64,000 nucleotides of DNA, from positions 38,936,001 to 39,000,000 of the forward strand of contig CM059435.1 in assembly GCA_030390025.1 (NCBI GenBank), read 5' to 3'. Positions 38,961 to 52,374 of the stretch are shown piece after piece. Source of the stretch: Squalus acanthias. Lineage: Eukaryota. The notes beneath the pieces were generated by a model. That model saw nothing but the letters and a program-made list of their open reading frames with translations, made no database searches and was not told where the DNA came from. The position numbers were made by a program, and so were the translations under genes. Positions within the stretch are counted from its first letter, which is position 1. Every line of letters starts with the position of its first letter.

Positions 38961-41900
38961 TCAAAGTTCCACAACATGGAGTTTAAATTGATTTATTTTG
39001 CCATTTTGCTTACCTCTTCCTTGGTGCATCGACTCTGCTTGGGGCATGGTTTCACAGCTGCCAGTACCTCACCCAAGTAATCATTCTTCATGCATTAGTA
39101 CCACAGTGAGGGTCACACCAGGTGGGAGGAAAAAAAAATACAGCCAAGCCCAATCAGGCTTCATCCCACATCCACATTTCCAGCAGCATCAGTGAATAGC
39201 GATAGAAGTTAAAACCCTAAATTTGTCCCTCCCTAGCCCAGACGTGATAAAGCCAATTGTAGCACCCCTAATTAGAGCAGAGATAGCAGCATCGACCAAG
39301 AATCAAGCCTGGGACCTTCTGATCTGTATGGTGCAGTTGATGAAATGCAGCATGTTGCTGAAGCTGCTTTTTACACAGTCAGCTAGTTCTGCCAGCTCTT
39401 GATGCATGGGCCTCACACAGCCAGCAGCAAGCGTGAAGTAAATTTATCAGGTTGCTAAGGCTGGCAGGAGAGAACCAGCCTTTCCAGCAGCCAGGTTTAG
39501 CAAACCCAGCAAGTTTACTTGGGATTGCTACTCTGGTGCAAGCTTAGCACTTAACCCAATATAAAAGCAGCTCGATTCATATGGGGAGTGGACAGGAAGG
39601 GTTTGATTTGAATTAAATTCTCATGACAGGTTGCAGTTTGTTACTGGAGTGGAAGCCTGCACACAATTTCTGCGGTAGGCACAAAAATATCACAATACTT
39701 GTGCAAGAGCACCGATGATCTCACACATATTAAATGCAAGAAAAGAAATTAAGGATTCTAAAGCAAGAGCTTACAAATTTGGTAAAAGCTACACAACCAA
39801 AAGACCACATTTATTTATAGTATTCTGAGTAAACCATGAAAAAACTGCACCACACTTCTGATCAGTGTGCAGAAAAGCTACTGTAGACTTAAGGGTTAAA
39901 AAATGTTTTTATCATTATTGAATTTGACCCATTTAAATGTTTTTAACCCAAGGCAATTTGGATCCCTCACTTTGTAGAATGGCAGTTTAAGCCCGTCAAA
40001 ATTATTTGCATCATTACTTCAAATTAAAGATAGTTTAACAGATTATAATAGTGTAGCTCATAAATGAATTCGTTTTTAAAGTTACTGATATGAAAACTAC
40101 CAGTATTTTCTTTTAAGAAAGCTGTGGTTCAAGAGAATATTGATAGTTGCTAAACAACTTAGAAGGGCCTAGAAAAAGACAATCTTCAAAAGAGAATTGA
40201 AAACAATGAAGTCCTGTGTATTGCCAAATCTTGTTCTTTCCAAGGAAAAAGTACTAGCCAGGAAGATTAACCCAGAGACTAAATTTGCGTGCTCCTAGTA
40301 AGCACCTCCAATGTCCATTGATTTCCTCCAATAAGCTTTAGTTGGTAAACAGGCTATTCCAAGTCATGCTTAACACTACCATGGTGTTAACAGTAAACTA
40401 AACAACGCAAAACCCTGCTGCCAAGGTCAATTGCTTGGGAGCCCTAATTGTTAGCTTGACATCAACTTGCCACCCAGCGGGCCCAAAAAGGCAAAGGTTA
40501 CATCAGCAGTTTCATGAAGACGTTGGTGCTCTTGTAGAAATCTCCTGTACTGTATGTCATTAAAAGACACATCCGCATGCAGAAGATTTGCCTACTATTT
40601 TCCTTCAACAGAATACAGGCCTATCAAGCCAACAAATGCCAGCATAGTTTACCTCATAAAATACCAGCCGATTAGAATTAATATGCGATTTTGACTGAGA
40701 TTTCAGAGTTTGGGAGGAGAACTAATATTAAAATCCAAACTACATAATATCCTTTGAAAGGAAATCTCCCAGATACTCTTTAGGGAATTGCTAGTTGTAA
40801 CAATTTATAGGCTCTGCATAAACCAATTAGTTTTATAGACCATTTCAAACTTATTCATTGGTGCACAGCTCCATGGCAATTTTGTGTTGGATTTATGTAC
40901 ACAGGAAGCTACTGAGATTGTTTTGAGCGGTTAGAGTGGGTTCTATTCTACACATCCAAAATTTAGTGTACTCCGGACAAGTAAGCACAACCACAGCAAT
41001 ATTAGATACGGCATCAATCCACATAGCTTTTTCCCTATATCCATGTCGGCTGAATAATATGGATATTTTAAACTGAGTGTTGACATCCCACTTCAGCTTT
41101 CAAAATACATCTCCTTAGCAAAAAGACTTTTTAAAATCCAAAATTTCCATAAAGCACTATAAAAGGAACTTAAGAAACAGTCAACTGATCAATTCACAGT
41201 ACTCAGGATAATGTTTTTAAAACACCAATCATGTTTGATGTTAGCTTACTTGAAATCCTCCAAGGGTGCAGACTGCAACATTTCAGGCAGAACTGGTGAA
41301 CCATACATAGAAAGGCAAGGAAAAAATGGTGCAGCCTTGACAGGAGTTGCAAGAATAACTCTAGGATTAAAATTTCAATGACAGAATAAGAACGGGAAAT
41401 GGGGGAAAACACACACCCATTCTTGGAAGACATTTCCTGTCAGTTACAGCCTGGGATGAAAGCGGAGGAGGGCGACACAAGATTTCCAGCAATCAACCTG
41501 GGTAAATTTGTTTTTAAATAAAAAAAAGTTTTCATACCAAACTATATTATGACAACAATTTATTTTCTCCTCACTCTTCTTCCCCACCCTTGAGGAAGGC
41601 CCTCTGTCTATTCCATCAAACTATTAAAGAGGTTAGTAACAAAGGTGGCTTGAGTTTACGGTGGTTTTCGTACACAACTCAGTTTAGATTCAAGACAAAA
41701 CAATGCTAAACCCTAGATAAAACACACACCTTTTAGTTGGTTATTGCCACTGGAAGTCCCGCAACCCCATAATCTTTTAGAAAAACATTTACGTTTCACA
41801 TTTCCAAGCATCTCTTTACTTCATCACAGCTGGCTAGATACAAAACAATGCAAGGCTGACGTAGAAGCATAGTCTACAATTACTGTGGTTTTTATAATAG

Positions 41901-42683
41901 TACTTCTCAGACAAGTCACTCTTTATTGCCACCTGTAATATAGGATTGCTAAAAATAAATTGACATCCAGCAATTTCACTGATGGCAAGAAGTGAATTTT
42001 TAAAAATCCAGTTCAACTTCAGATTTCTGTTTCTGTGCTGCCTTTTCCTGAAAAAGAGCAAGACTGAACAGTATAGGGAATCCTTTGGCAGTCAGTCCAT
42101 ATAGCAGATTGATATTTGTAGTACTGGAACGAGCACTGTAGTTAAAAAAGGATAGTTCTATTAAGGCTAAACTTCTGGGCTCTTCACATCTCCTAATCAG
42201 GTAAGCCAGCTGATGGGGAAATATTGCCAACTTCTAAGTTAGTAAACATGATTATTACAAAATTAAATTAGTATTTGTATCCATTGAAGCCTACCAGCAA
42301 CCTGAACATTGGCTGTGTACGGCATCTGTTCGCACTTCAGTTTTGCAGAGCCATTTACCTTCCATATACAATTATTTTTATTTTGAACACTTAGAATGAA
42401 TAGTTCAAAACAGATATTTTCCTCCTCTCCCTCACCTTCAATGCAACTCCTGCTTTAAAATAAAAAACACGTCATTTGGATGTAACCAACAAAGAGGCTA
42501 AACTGTACATCTTAAAACACACTTCAAAGAGTTAAAAAAGTTATGACATACACTATATGACAAGTGTTGTCAAATTCTACTTGGTCACCCATTTTGGTCA
42601 CTCTGGAGCAGTTAATTGCCCTCCAGGTGAGGGGAGGGACAAATTGCAAACAGCATTGTTTTCTGGGGTGTGACTTCAAATTG

Positions 42684-42784
42684 TTGCTTTATACATGTTA
42701 CTCTGAATATATTGCTTTATACATGTTACTCTGAATGATTATATATATCTATATATATTATATATTATATATTATATATATATA
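42684..42784. repeat. 25-bp direct tandem duplication followed by a TA-rich microsatellite
   Basis: TTGCTTTATACATGTTACTCTGAAT at 42684-42708 and 42712-42736, then (TA)n. Confidence 0.9.
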
Positions 42785-44988
42785 GCAGCAAAAGACCACC
42801 AAGAAACATCCCTGCAAGTGCAGCAAAGTTTCAGTGAAAAGGTCAGAGGATTTTAGAACTCTGTTTTTGGATAATTCCCTTCCTAAAAGGAAACAAAAAC
42901 ATACCATGCTCACTACACGCCCAAATAGGAGCAAGGAATCAAGCTGGCAAGAGAAAATGGTTTTAGCAAAGAGGTCACAATATTGTATGACTGTCTTTGG
43001 AGAGCTCCCTTAAAAAAACCACCCTCACCACACACCCAAATAGGGATCAGTTGTTAACTTGGTCACAGAAAATAGTTATGGATTGTGCAACAGTGGACTC
43101 TGAATTTCTTCATATAGAGACAAGGAATCCTCCATCATTTTTTTTTTAATGCCAGTTTATCAAAGATTGGGGAGAGTTTAAGATATATATGCCAGCACAT
43201 ACTGGGTATAAATAGATTTGTGGCTACAACATAACTGGTATGGTGATTTTTTTAAGCACAGGGAAAGAAAATAATTAAATCATTTCCCCCTTCCTATAGT
43301 GTCCAATAGATTAGTCTCAAGTCAACTATATTACAAATCCTGAGCTCCTATACTGTACTCTTGCCCAACACTACAAATAAAGTATTCCTACTTGATTCTG
43401 TATGTTGTAGCATACACACAATATTTGACAGTAACAAGCAATCCAACAAGATTTCTGGGGTGTCCTGTGAGATTCCATTTGTTTGATGATGATGATATTA
43501 CAATTCTTCTTTTGCACTAGACTGTGTGAAATTCCACCATTTGGCCAAACAAAGCAAGATCTTCACTTTACTGATAACTGCAGCTTTTGTAAAAGTGGCT
43601 CATCACTCTAAGTTTAGGATAATTTTCTGATCCACACAGCAGTATCGGGTACATTAAATAATCTGGTATCCTGCATTAAAGGCACATTTTGGAATTTGTT
43701 CATTCCAGTACCACATCAAAGTAGTGATCTTTTAAAGTGATTCAGATCAACCTGCGCAGATTTTTTTTTTTTTTTTTTTTTAAACATAATCTTTAGGGAA
43801 TCATCCAAAAACCAAATGTCAAAAATATTGTAACCTCTTCACTCTAGAAGGTTCTTCCCCTCCCCTCCCCCATTGCATAGAGTAAGGTGACTCTAGAGTT
43901 AAAGAATCTCGAGATGTCCCAACAATATAAAAATGTTGTGCACCAGACAAGATTTTTTTTTAAATGGGGTCCAGATAGTTTTTTAAAATCTTATTTTTGT
44001 ACTTTGCAGCTGTTATATTCACCTCATATATTGATGCTATTTCTTCCAGGAAGGGACAATGATGCATGCCTCACCAAAAGTTAACACAATGGTAATGTTT
44101 AACATATTGTTTCATGAATTGTTTTCCAACCTACGACTGTGCCAAGTTACAGCAAGCCTGTGCAAAACTAGCACATTTTTGGCATCACCTTGTTACTGTC
44201 CTTTAATGCTGCATTTAAGTGCACCAATCCAGACTAGCTTAAATTGATATTCATCCCATTTATACTGAAGACTTTCTTCCAAGCTAAATCATAATGAATT
44301 CCATCTGTAGTACAAGCCATGCACCCATCAAAGAATAAATGGGGTTGTAGACTAAAACTGGCTCAAGATTCATTAAGAATGATGCCAGAATACTGAGCAG
44401 TTTAAAAATCAACCTAATCCAACAGCTAGGACAACCTCTGACAATTTGACACAAACTATACAGTATGTCATGCCTCAAATCACATCTTACCTTAATCTAG
44501 GTATCAATACTGAAATGTAAGATTTTTTTTTTTTAAGATGTTATGTTGCATTGGCTATCCATTTTTGAAGTTTGTTATGGAAAATGTACAAATGGTAATC
44601 AGCATGTAACGTGGAAGTAAAGTAGCAATACAGTTTTAAAAGGGAACATTTGTGCCTCATTTGCAAGATTTTGGATTATTATTGAATCTGACCATTTGGT
44701 CAAAATTACAAACATGACAGCAGTATTTGTTGTCATTGCACTGTAAATGCAACAGCCTTAAATTTCCATCTCAGTTTTACTCCAGGTACCATTATAACAA
44801 AGTTGCAGCAGGTATCGATGGAAGGAAAGAAACTATTGGTATCAATGCATCCTCCTAAAATAGGCTTCAGCTTGTATTCTCCCCTCCATATTTAAAAAAT
44901 AACCTCCGAATAGCCTTTCAAAGAATTGCTTGAAGAAGCAAAATAATTTTAACATAAAATCATGCACCAAATGAATAGATGTGCTGTT

Positions 44989-45012
44989 GGGGGGGGGGGG
45001 GGGGGGGGGGGG
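44989..45012. repeat. Poly-G run (similar poly-C at about 21623-21645)
   Basis: Read directly; homopolymer lengths may be affected by sequencing error. Confidence 0.85.
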
Positions 45013-47430
45013 TGCTAAACAGAATACATAAATCACAAGATTAAAGGACTGAGCACTTCAACCACAGCTCTTACAATATAAGGGTCTCCCTAACTCTCTT
45101 CATTCTTCCTCAACAATATCTCTCCCTCCAAGCATCCTGTACACTAATGCTGCCCATTCCATACAGCAAGAAGGGACACTTCTCTTGCTTTTAAAGCTAA
45201 CATGCAGATAAGCTTCTTTGTGAGAAGGGGATACCCAGGGGTTTCACAAGCTTTTGTGCCATGTGTTAGTACATATATAGGCACTACCATTCCATCCCCC
45301 CACTTGCGCACACAAGAAATAAAGCACTGGAGTAGAAGTTACAGAATGGTTCTTCAGAGCACATTAACATTCAAAATGCTTCTTTGAGGATTTGCCACTG
45401 CAAACAATGGGTGGGACATAGGACAGTTAAGCACTTGGACAATAACAAATGTCGGGGGCGGGGGGAGAAAGAGAGTTCTACCACCAGCAAACTGTTGTGC
45501 AAGTAACACTGTTTAATTTAATTTTACAAGCAAATGATAAAAAGTGTGTTGGTGAGTCTGGCCATCCTTGCTTCTTGCACACAACTGCAATTAACTGCAA
45601 TACTAATGGGCTCCAGCTGTATTACATTAGGAAGATATAAATAAACCCCCTTCCAGAGGGGAAAAAGGAGGGGGGTAAATGTAGCAATGTTTTACAGCTG
45701 ATAAAAGAAATTTGTTGGAAAAAATTATCCCCAGTGCAAAGGGTCTTTTGAAAAAAACTTATGTGCACAACACTTCACCACAAGAGTACTTCCATTAAGA
45801 TAATTAATGTTAAACGTGGCTAAGATGTTTTAATGCTCAGATACCTACTAATGCAAAAGTACCACCACGTGCTCCAAATTAGACCCCCATCAATCATTCA
45901 TGATACAACGTATTTTTAAAACAATCTGCAGTTACAATTTTGTAAATACTAATGCAAAACAGATTTAATCAAAATTGAATGCATCAGTGATAAACGGCGC
46001 AACACCCCTTTTACCAAGGCAAGAGGTGCAAAACAGCAAGGTTGTGCGTGTGTGCCTTTTAAACAGTCTTTGATATTGTAGCTCAGTCTGATCTCACACC
46101 GATACACTTCAGAATTGATTATACTCCGCTGCAAGCGTATTAGTCTAAAACAAGGTCTTACTGTGTTACGAATTTAAAAAGTTTGAATATCGCAGCATGT
46201 AAATCCAGATTGGTATCAGTAGAGTGGAGGTATTCCCCGCTCTTATTTTTTTAACGGGTAACATTTAACCTGAATCCCCGTTGCAATACAACTGCAACTT
46301 CTGTGACATTTTTTTAAAATAGAACAAATGCGTCCATTGAGTGGCTGTAGGAAGTCGGAAATCAAAGATGGCTGTAGGTCATGGCTCGGAGTCCAGGGTG
46401 ATCGCGATCTCGCCCTATCCTCAGCACACACAAAAAAAACTACCACCACCACCTTCGAAATAAAAAGCAGCAAAGCGCTAAAAAAAAAAAACAAGCACCA
46501 GAAAGAATCAGAAGCAAAAAGTTCTTTGTAAAAAAAAGTTTTACAAAACTGTAAAAAAAAAATTGTAAATAAAAAGCTATTTAAAACGTTTATTGCAAAC
46601 AAATCTGAATAGTACAATCGCGAAACATGATAAGCGTCAACCTTTCCTTTTAACAAGTTGCAACATCAACTGGTAACGAGCCGCAAAAAAATGAAGCTCT
46701 AAAATGATTACAAAATAACCGAGAGGCAGGTAATGAGAGAGAAAAATGAAATATATGAAACATAATTGTGACAAGATAAGATAGGATCTTCTTTGTGCTA
46801 CATGTTGTAACTATTTATACCTACCTCGATCAATAGGAGTGAGTCACGCTAAGCGTGCGCACCAGACCCGTCCCATAATTGAGTCAAACACCCCCAAAAA
46901 TAATACTTTTACAGTAAATCTGACACGACCGATCACACATATATCGAGAATAAAAGTTCACATGAATTGAAATACACGGGAAACGGGATCTGCTCTCTGA
47001 CTTTTATTCGAGGGATTTTCAGTCGGTCAGCGGTCAGAGCCCGGGTCTTGCTCCCTCCGGCCATGGCAAGGACACAAGCACTGGTCATTTTTTTTTCTCT
47101 CTCTCCTCATCCCAACTTCTACCTTTGAAAGGGAATGGAACAACTTTTCTTTATTTTTCCCTCATCCCAGGTTGTCCTGAAGTGATAAAAAAAAAAAAAA
47201 CTATTCCGATCTTTTTGATATTTGTTGGTTTCATATCTGATAACCCAGTTCAAAAGATGTTACGATCTCAGCGAAGTCGGACCGGACACGCACTCCAGAG
47301 AGAGGGAGAGAAAAAACCCCCACTCATTTCCCCAATAATCTGTTGATCAATTAAATAAACCATGAAACATGAATTAGAAGGTTTTCCTCTTATTTTCCAC
47401 CCCCACCCCCCCAAAAAAAATGCAACTTAC

Positions 47431-47497
47431 TGTTTCCAACTATTAGCTGCTCATCCGAGTTGATGTGCTGGGGTTTCGCCTGCTTGCGACGCGACAT
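47431..47497 (-). CDS. SALL4: SALL4 coding exon 1 (MSRRKQAKPQHINSDEQLIVGN, phase-1 end)
   Basis: Hand translation of the minus strand from ACC-ATG at 47497 gives MSRRKQAKPQHI, the Spalt-family NuRD-recruiting motif. It is followed by a GTAAGT donor (47430-47425). 67 nt, too short for the ORF track. Confidence 0.96.
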
Positions 47498-47800
47498 GGT
47501 AGATGCATCAGTAACAAACACAAAAAAAATTCAAACAAATTCTTGGAGTTGCCAAATTACTCCATTAAGTGGAGTGCGCATGTGTCATGGTAATTATGAT
47601 TATCAATAATGCATTGCGATTTATCATAGGCTCCTGACAGCTGATTGGCTTGGATCCAAGTGCTCTCAGATTATTCAAATGAAGGGGAGCGCGCGAACGC
47701 GCACGCGCCCCGGGGCAGTGCACTCTGGGGACTGTAGTACTGGATCGCACAGCTGCCCCTCTCCTCCCCAGGTTAGTATTCGCATTCCTGCCAGAATTAC
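47498..47800 (-). promoter_or_regulatory. SALL4 proximal promoter and 5' UTR
   Basis: CpG-rich patch (gcgcgaacgcgcacgcgccccgg at about 47689-47713), CCAAT box (AGCCAATCAG, 47650-47641), adjacent TGACAG Meis/TALE site (47635-47640), TGATAAATCG Pbx/Hox-like site (47626-47617) and octamer-like ATTTGAAT (47680-47673), all immediately upstream of the ATG. The TSS cannot be determined from sequence. Confidence 0.7.
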
Positions 47801-48109
47801 ATTTACAACACTGGAAAACGGTTTTTTTCAATTGATTTTGTCAGTTGAAGTTTATTTCAGAAATTATCTGATCTAAATAGATATATTCTTTGACTTTTTT
47901 ATATTCCTATTTTTTGTTCCACTTCGTTATTTAGCATTACACCTCTTTTATGCACAGAGATAACATAAGATGTGCCACATTCGCAGCTATAAAGGACTGG
48001 ATCAGTTAAACACGAACAGTTTACAAATTTAAAAATATTTTAATTACTACAAGACTATAAAGACTGAGGTAATCTCATGTCAAAAGACAAAATCAGGTGC
48101 AAGCAAAAC

Positions 48110-48885
48110 AGTTACATCTCTATGGTGCTCCTCACATACATTGAGGGGGAAAACAATCGATACTGAACAGGAGAGGAAAAGGAAAAATGAAACAGGTTAG
48201 GGGGCAAAGGCATGATCAAAGGGAAGGACTTTGATAAGGCTTTGGAAGCAAGGAGGATGGTGGATGTACAGAGGGAGCTGCCGATCCCAGGGGCATGGTG
48301 GTTGAAATAGTGGCCAGCATTTTGGTGCAGAGAGGTTGAGAACAGCGAGTAGTTGGGTATAAGGGAGGCAGAAAACATGCAGGGACATATGGATAGAGGA
48401 TGCAGGGTGGGGCAAAGCCATAGAGGGATTTGAAAGCAAGGATGAAGATCTTGATGCCATTTTGCTGTAGGTTGGAAAGGGCAGGGATGGTTGGAGTATG
48501 GGACTTTGTGTGGGTGAGCACATGACTGCACTTCTGGAAGTGTGAAAATCCTAACCTTTAGCCTGTTTGTGCAGGGGATGCAAAAGCTGAACATTTTAAA
48601 AGACGGAGAATTTTAAATTTGAGGTGGTGGAGGATTGGGAGCCAATGTAGGTAAGCGAGAAATGGGGTGATAGGTCAGTGAGACCTGGGCAACAGAGGTT
48701 TGGATGTGCTGAAGTTTATGGATTTTAGAGGATGGGAGGCTGGCTAGGAGAGCATTGGAATAGTTGAGTCTGGAGGTAACAAAGGCATGGATGAGGGTTT
48801 TACAGGTAGTTAGGCTGAGGTGGGGCAGAGGCAGGTGATGATATGGAAAATATGGAGTTGGAAGCTCAGCTCAGGTTCTAATCAG
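48110..48885 (-). mobile_element. Old L2 LINE fragments (two adjacent pieces)
   Basis: IKIFILAFKSLYG and nucleotide similarity to the 6551-7200 L2. Confidence 0.7.
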
Positions 48886-48894
48886 GTCCTTATT

Positions 48895-49431
48895 GTGCCC
48901 AATTCTGGGCACCTCCCTTTAGGAAGGATGTCATGGCCTTGGAGAGGGTGAAGAGGAGATTTAGCAGAATTATACCAGGGATGAGGGACTTCAGTTATGT
49001 GGAGAGACTAGAGAAGCTGGGATTGTTCTCCTTAGAGCAGAAATGATTAATGGGAGATTTAATAGAGGTGTTCAAAATTATGAGGGCTTTGATGGAGTAA
49101 AGAAGGAGAAACGGTTTCCACTGGCAGGAGGGTCAATAACCAGAGGACACCGATTTAAAATAATTGGCAAACGATCCAGAGGGGAGATGAGAATTTTTTT
49201 AATACAGCGAGTTGTTATGATCTGGAATGCACTGCCTGAAAGGGTGATGGAAGCAGATTCAATAGTATCTTTCAAAAGGTAATTGGATATATACTTGAAA
49301 AGGAAAAATTTGCAGGGCTATGGGGACAGTGCAGGGGAATGGAACTAATTGGATAGCTCTTTCAAAGAGCTGGCACAGGCATGGTGGGCCGAATGGCCTC
49401 CTTCTGTCTGTAAGATTCTATGATTTCTATG
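48895..49431 (+). mobile_element. CR1-clade LINE fragment
   Basis: Decayed ORF2 end (TRGHRFKI, QRVVMIWNALPERV) and (ATTCTATG) tail. Confidence 0.85.
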
Positions 49432-49796
49432 ATTTGCAGGATATGCACTTCTCTCTCTTGGAGGAACAGATGGGCCTACATAAGAGCAGTCAACCATTTC
49501 TGCCCTCTATTTTTTGAATCCATAAATGCCATGTGTTTGCTCAACATAGGACTGAGCCCATTGTTTATTTTTCCAAGTGAAAGAGAACAATAAAAGAACT
49601 ACTGTGCACAGATTATACCTAGGTGAAGTCATGTCTCATCTATGTCTTTTGTTTTCCCTTGGGAAAAGAGCATGGTGCACTGCAAACAGCTCAGGTCCAG
49701 TCTGATTGGCATCATAATGCCTTCTTCACATAGCCCAGATGCTGATATCCCAGTGCCTATCTGTCTTGATTCCTATAGAAAAAATATGAAACCATC

Positions 49797-50297
49797 ATAT
49801 GTGTACAATTCTGGTCACCATATTATAAAAAGGATATAGAGGCACTGGAGAGGGTGCAAAAAGATTTACAAGGATGGTACCGAAAATGCGAGGGCTGAGG
49901 GGTGATCTAATAGAGGTCTTTAAAATTATGAAAGGTTTTGATAGAGTAGACACAGAGAGGGTGTTTCCATTTGTGGTGAGGAGCAAAACTAAAGGCCATC
50001 AATATAAGATAGTCACCAAGAAATCAAATAGGAATTCAGAAGAAACTTCTTTACCCAGAGAATGGTGAGAATGTGGAACTCGCTACCACATGGAGTAGTT
50101 GAGGCAAATAGTATAGATGCATTTAAGGGGAAGCTAGATAAGCATATGAGGGAGAAGGAAATAGAGGGTTATGCTGATAGAGTTAGATAAGGAAAGATGG
50201 GAGGAGGCTCAAGTGGAGCATAAATGCCAGCATGGACTGGTTGGGCTGAATGGCCTGTTTCTGTGCTGTATAATCTATGTAATCCTATGTAATCATA
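49797..50297 (+). mobile_element. CR1-clade LINE fragment
   Basis: RGDLIEVFKIMKGFDRVD, TKGHQYKI and a CTATGTAAT tail. Confidence 0.85.
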
Positions 50298-51947
50298 AAA
50301 GCTCACTTTGTTCTTACCCAGGGTCCCAATGTAATCATCACCTGGCAGAAATTGGACTTACATCCTTGTACACTATCAAAAATGTGACCCATTTAGAGTT
50401 ATTAAAAGAACAGTAAAATATATTAATCCATAAAAAATATCTCAGGAAAATGTCCTGTGGTCAACTGGATTACATGCATCCTTACATCACAGTTAAGTTA
50501 TTTACCATATGCCATCATTGCTGTTAATTCGATGACAGCTTTGTGCGATACAGTATTAAAATTAATAAATATAATTTTAGTTAAAAATGCTGGTGACAGA
50601 TAAAACCCAAGCTCATGTCATGTGACATCATCAGAATTACATCTGAGTTAAAAATAACCAATGGAAAATAACTTGCTGCATTGCACAGACACACTTCATA
50701 TGTGGTATAAATTGTGGTTATGACTTTGGATCAGTAATTATAGATTAAAATGCAGGTTCTCAACAATAAAAATAACTGAATTATGTGCACCCAAATAAGA
50801 GAAGACAGCACAGTAACACTCAGGGCATGGCTTCATATATTCTGGAGGCAGTGTTTTGCTGAGGTACTGTAATATTTAAAGCCAAATTTCCATTCTTTTT
50901 AATAAGCAGAAAAGCTTGACTATATTAAGGGTAACTAAATCCATAATGTAACTGTGTGGCCTGAGAGGTCACTAACCATAATGGCTTTAATCAGCAATGT
51001 CACATCAGCAAAAGTAGCATACAAAACCCTTGTTGCAGTAAACGCGATACCAGCACCTTTTATTTAGCAGACTATATCAGATGACAATTTTTTTCACTGG
51101 CTTCTGGGATCACATAGCTCCCTTAATCAGGCAAGCAATGGAAAGATAGATTCTTCATGTAATACCTAAACAATTATTGTAATCATAACAGTGGGATAAT
51201 ATGATACCAGCCATTTTATCCAAACTGCAACCCTCCTTTTGTTTTACTTCTCATCTGACGAAGAAGAGACCTATGGAATTCTCACAATCTTGTTATAAAC
51301 AATTGGTGAACGATTACCAAAATAAAAGGCAATAGATGCATTCCAATAATGTTTCTGTCACCATTCTGGTCAATATTTGGACTGTCCAGTTTTGTAATTC
51401 TGAAGTTAAAATCTGCATGCAGCTCAACCAGATTTTAAAAATTAGGTTATCACTATTCTGCCCTGGTGCTCAGTTTGATGGTGTCATTGATGACAGATAA
51501 TTCTAGGTGGAGAAAGTAATTCCTGAAGTAAAACAGGAAACTATTTTGTTTGTTTCTTTTTAAATGTATCATACAAAGAAAAATCTTTTAATATTCCATA
51601 CATTTTTCAGTTTGGATGGCTGTTGGCATTATGAAAAGTGCCTGTGATGGGAATTCCCCAAGTTCAGTTACATTGGGGGCGATTTTCCCATTGGAGGCGG
51701 GTTTGGGTTTGGGTGGGTTCCAAACCTGCCTCCACTGAGAGGTGAGGAAAATTTGCGATTTTCCCCTAATTGGCCAGTTGATTTCAGAGGTGTGGGTTCC
51801 CCTGGGCCAATTAGTCTTTTGGGACTGAAACTCGCCTCTGCTGACGTCACTTATCCAGCTTCATTTAAGGGCTGCTTGCTGCCTTGGCTCATTCCACTGG
51901 TTTTTGGTCGATACTGCACCACCTCCAAACTTTTATCTCCTTGAAGA

Positions 51948-52125
51948 ATGGCCAGCTCCAAGGCAAGGGCCTCCCCGAGGTTCTCGGATGAGGCGCTGGG
52001 AATGCTGGTTGAGGGGGGGAGAGCTAGCAGGGAGGTGCTCTTCCCCTCATCTGGGAGGAAGAGGCCTCCCAAAGAAACCAAGGCTGTGTGGGTCCAGCTG
52101 GCAAGGGATATAACCTCCAGACCTG
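51948..52125 (+). pseudogene. Myb/SANT-like DNA-binding ORF of element A, truncated
   Basis: MASSKARASPRFSDEALGMLVEGGRASREVLFPSSGRKRPPKETKAVWVQLARDI follows the Harbinger Myb/NAIF1-type pattern (PRFS..L..LV...EVLF...W..IA). Similarity stops at about 52120. Confidence 0.75.
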
Positions 52126-52374
52126 TGTGCAGATTGGGTGATTGTTTCTGTTTATTGATGAAATGCCATTCCTGTGTGAATGTATTAAAATTAGGTGATG
52201 GCAAACTGTTGGCGTGATGGCATCTGTTATTTCGGCTTAGGCAGCTCCACATTGCGGGCTCCGCGACACTTGCGTGGTCAAGTTGGTGGTCAGAGTGAAA
52301 GGAGGCCAGAGAGTCATGTCCATTGTCTATCATGTGTTAAGAAGGAGCCAAGCACATGTGCCACAATGGGCAAC

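Noticed and set aside
42640-42662. Oct-Sox composite element
   Set aside because: The octamer is imperfect and the order and spacing are non-canonical; kept only as part of the repeat-poor intron observation.
51255-51280. CTGACGAAG, a possible further hammerhead core
   Set aside because: No stem II followed by GAAA at a usable spacing.
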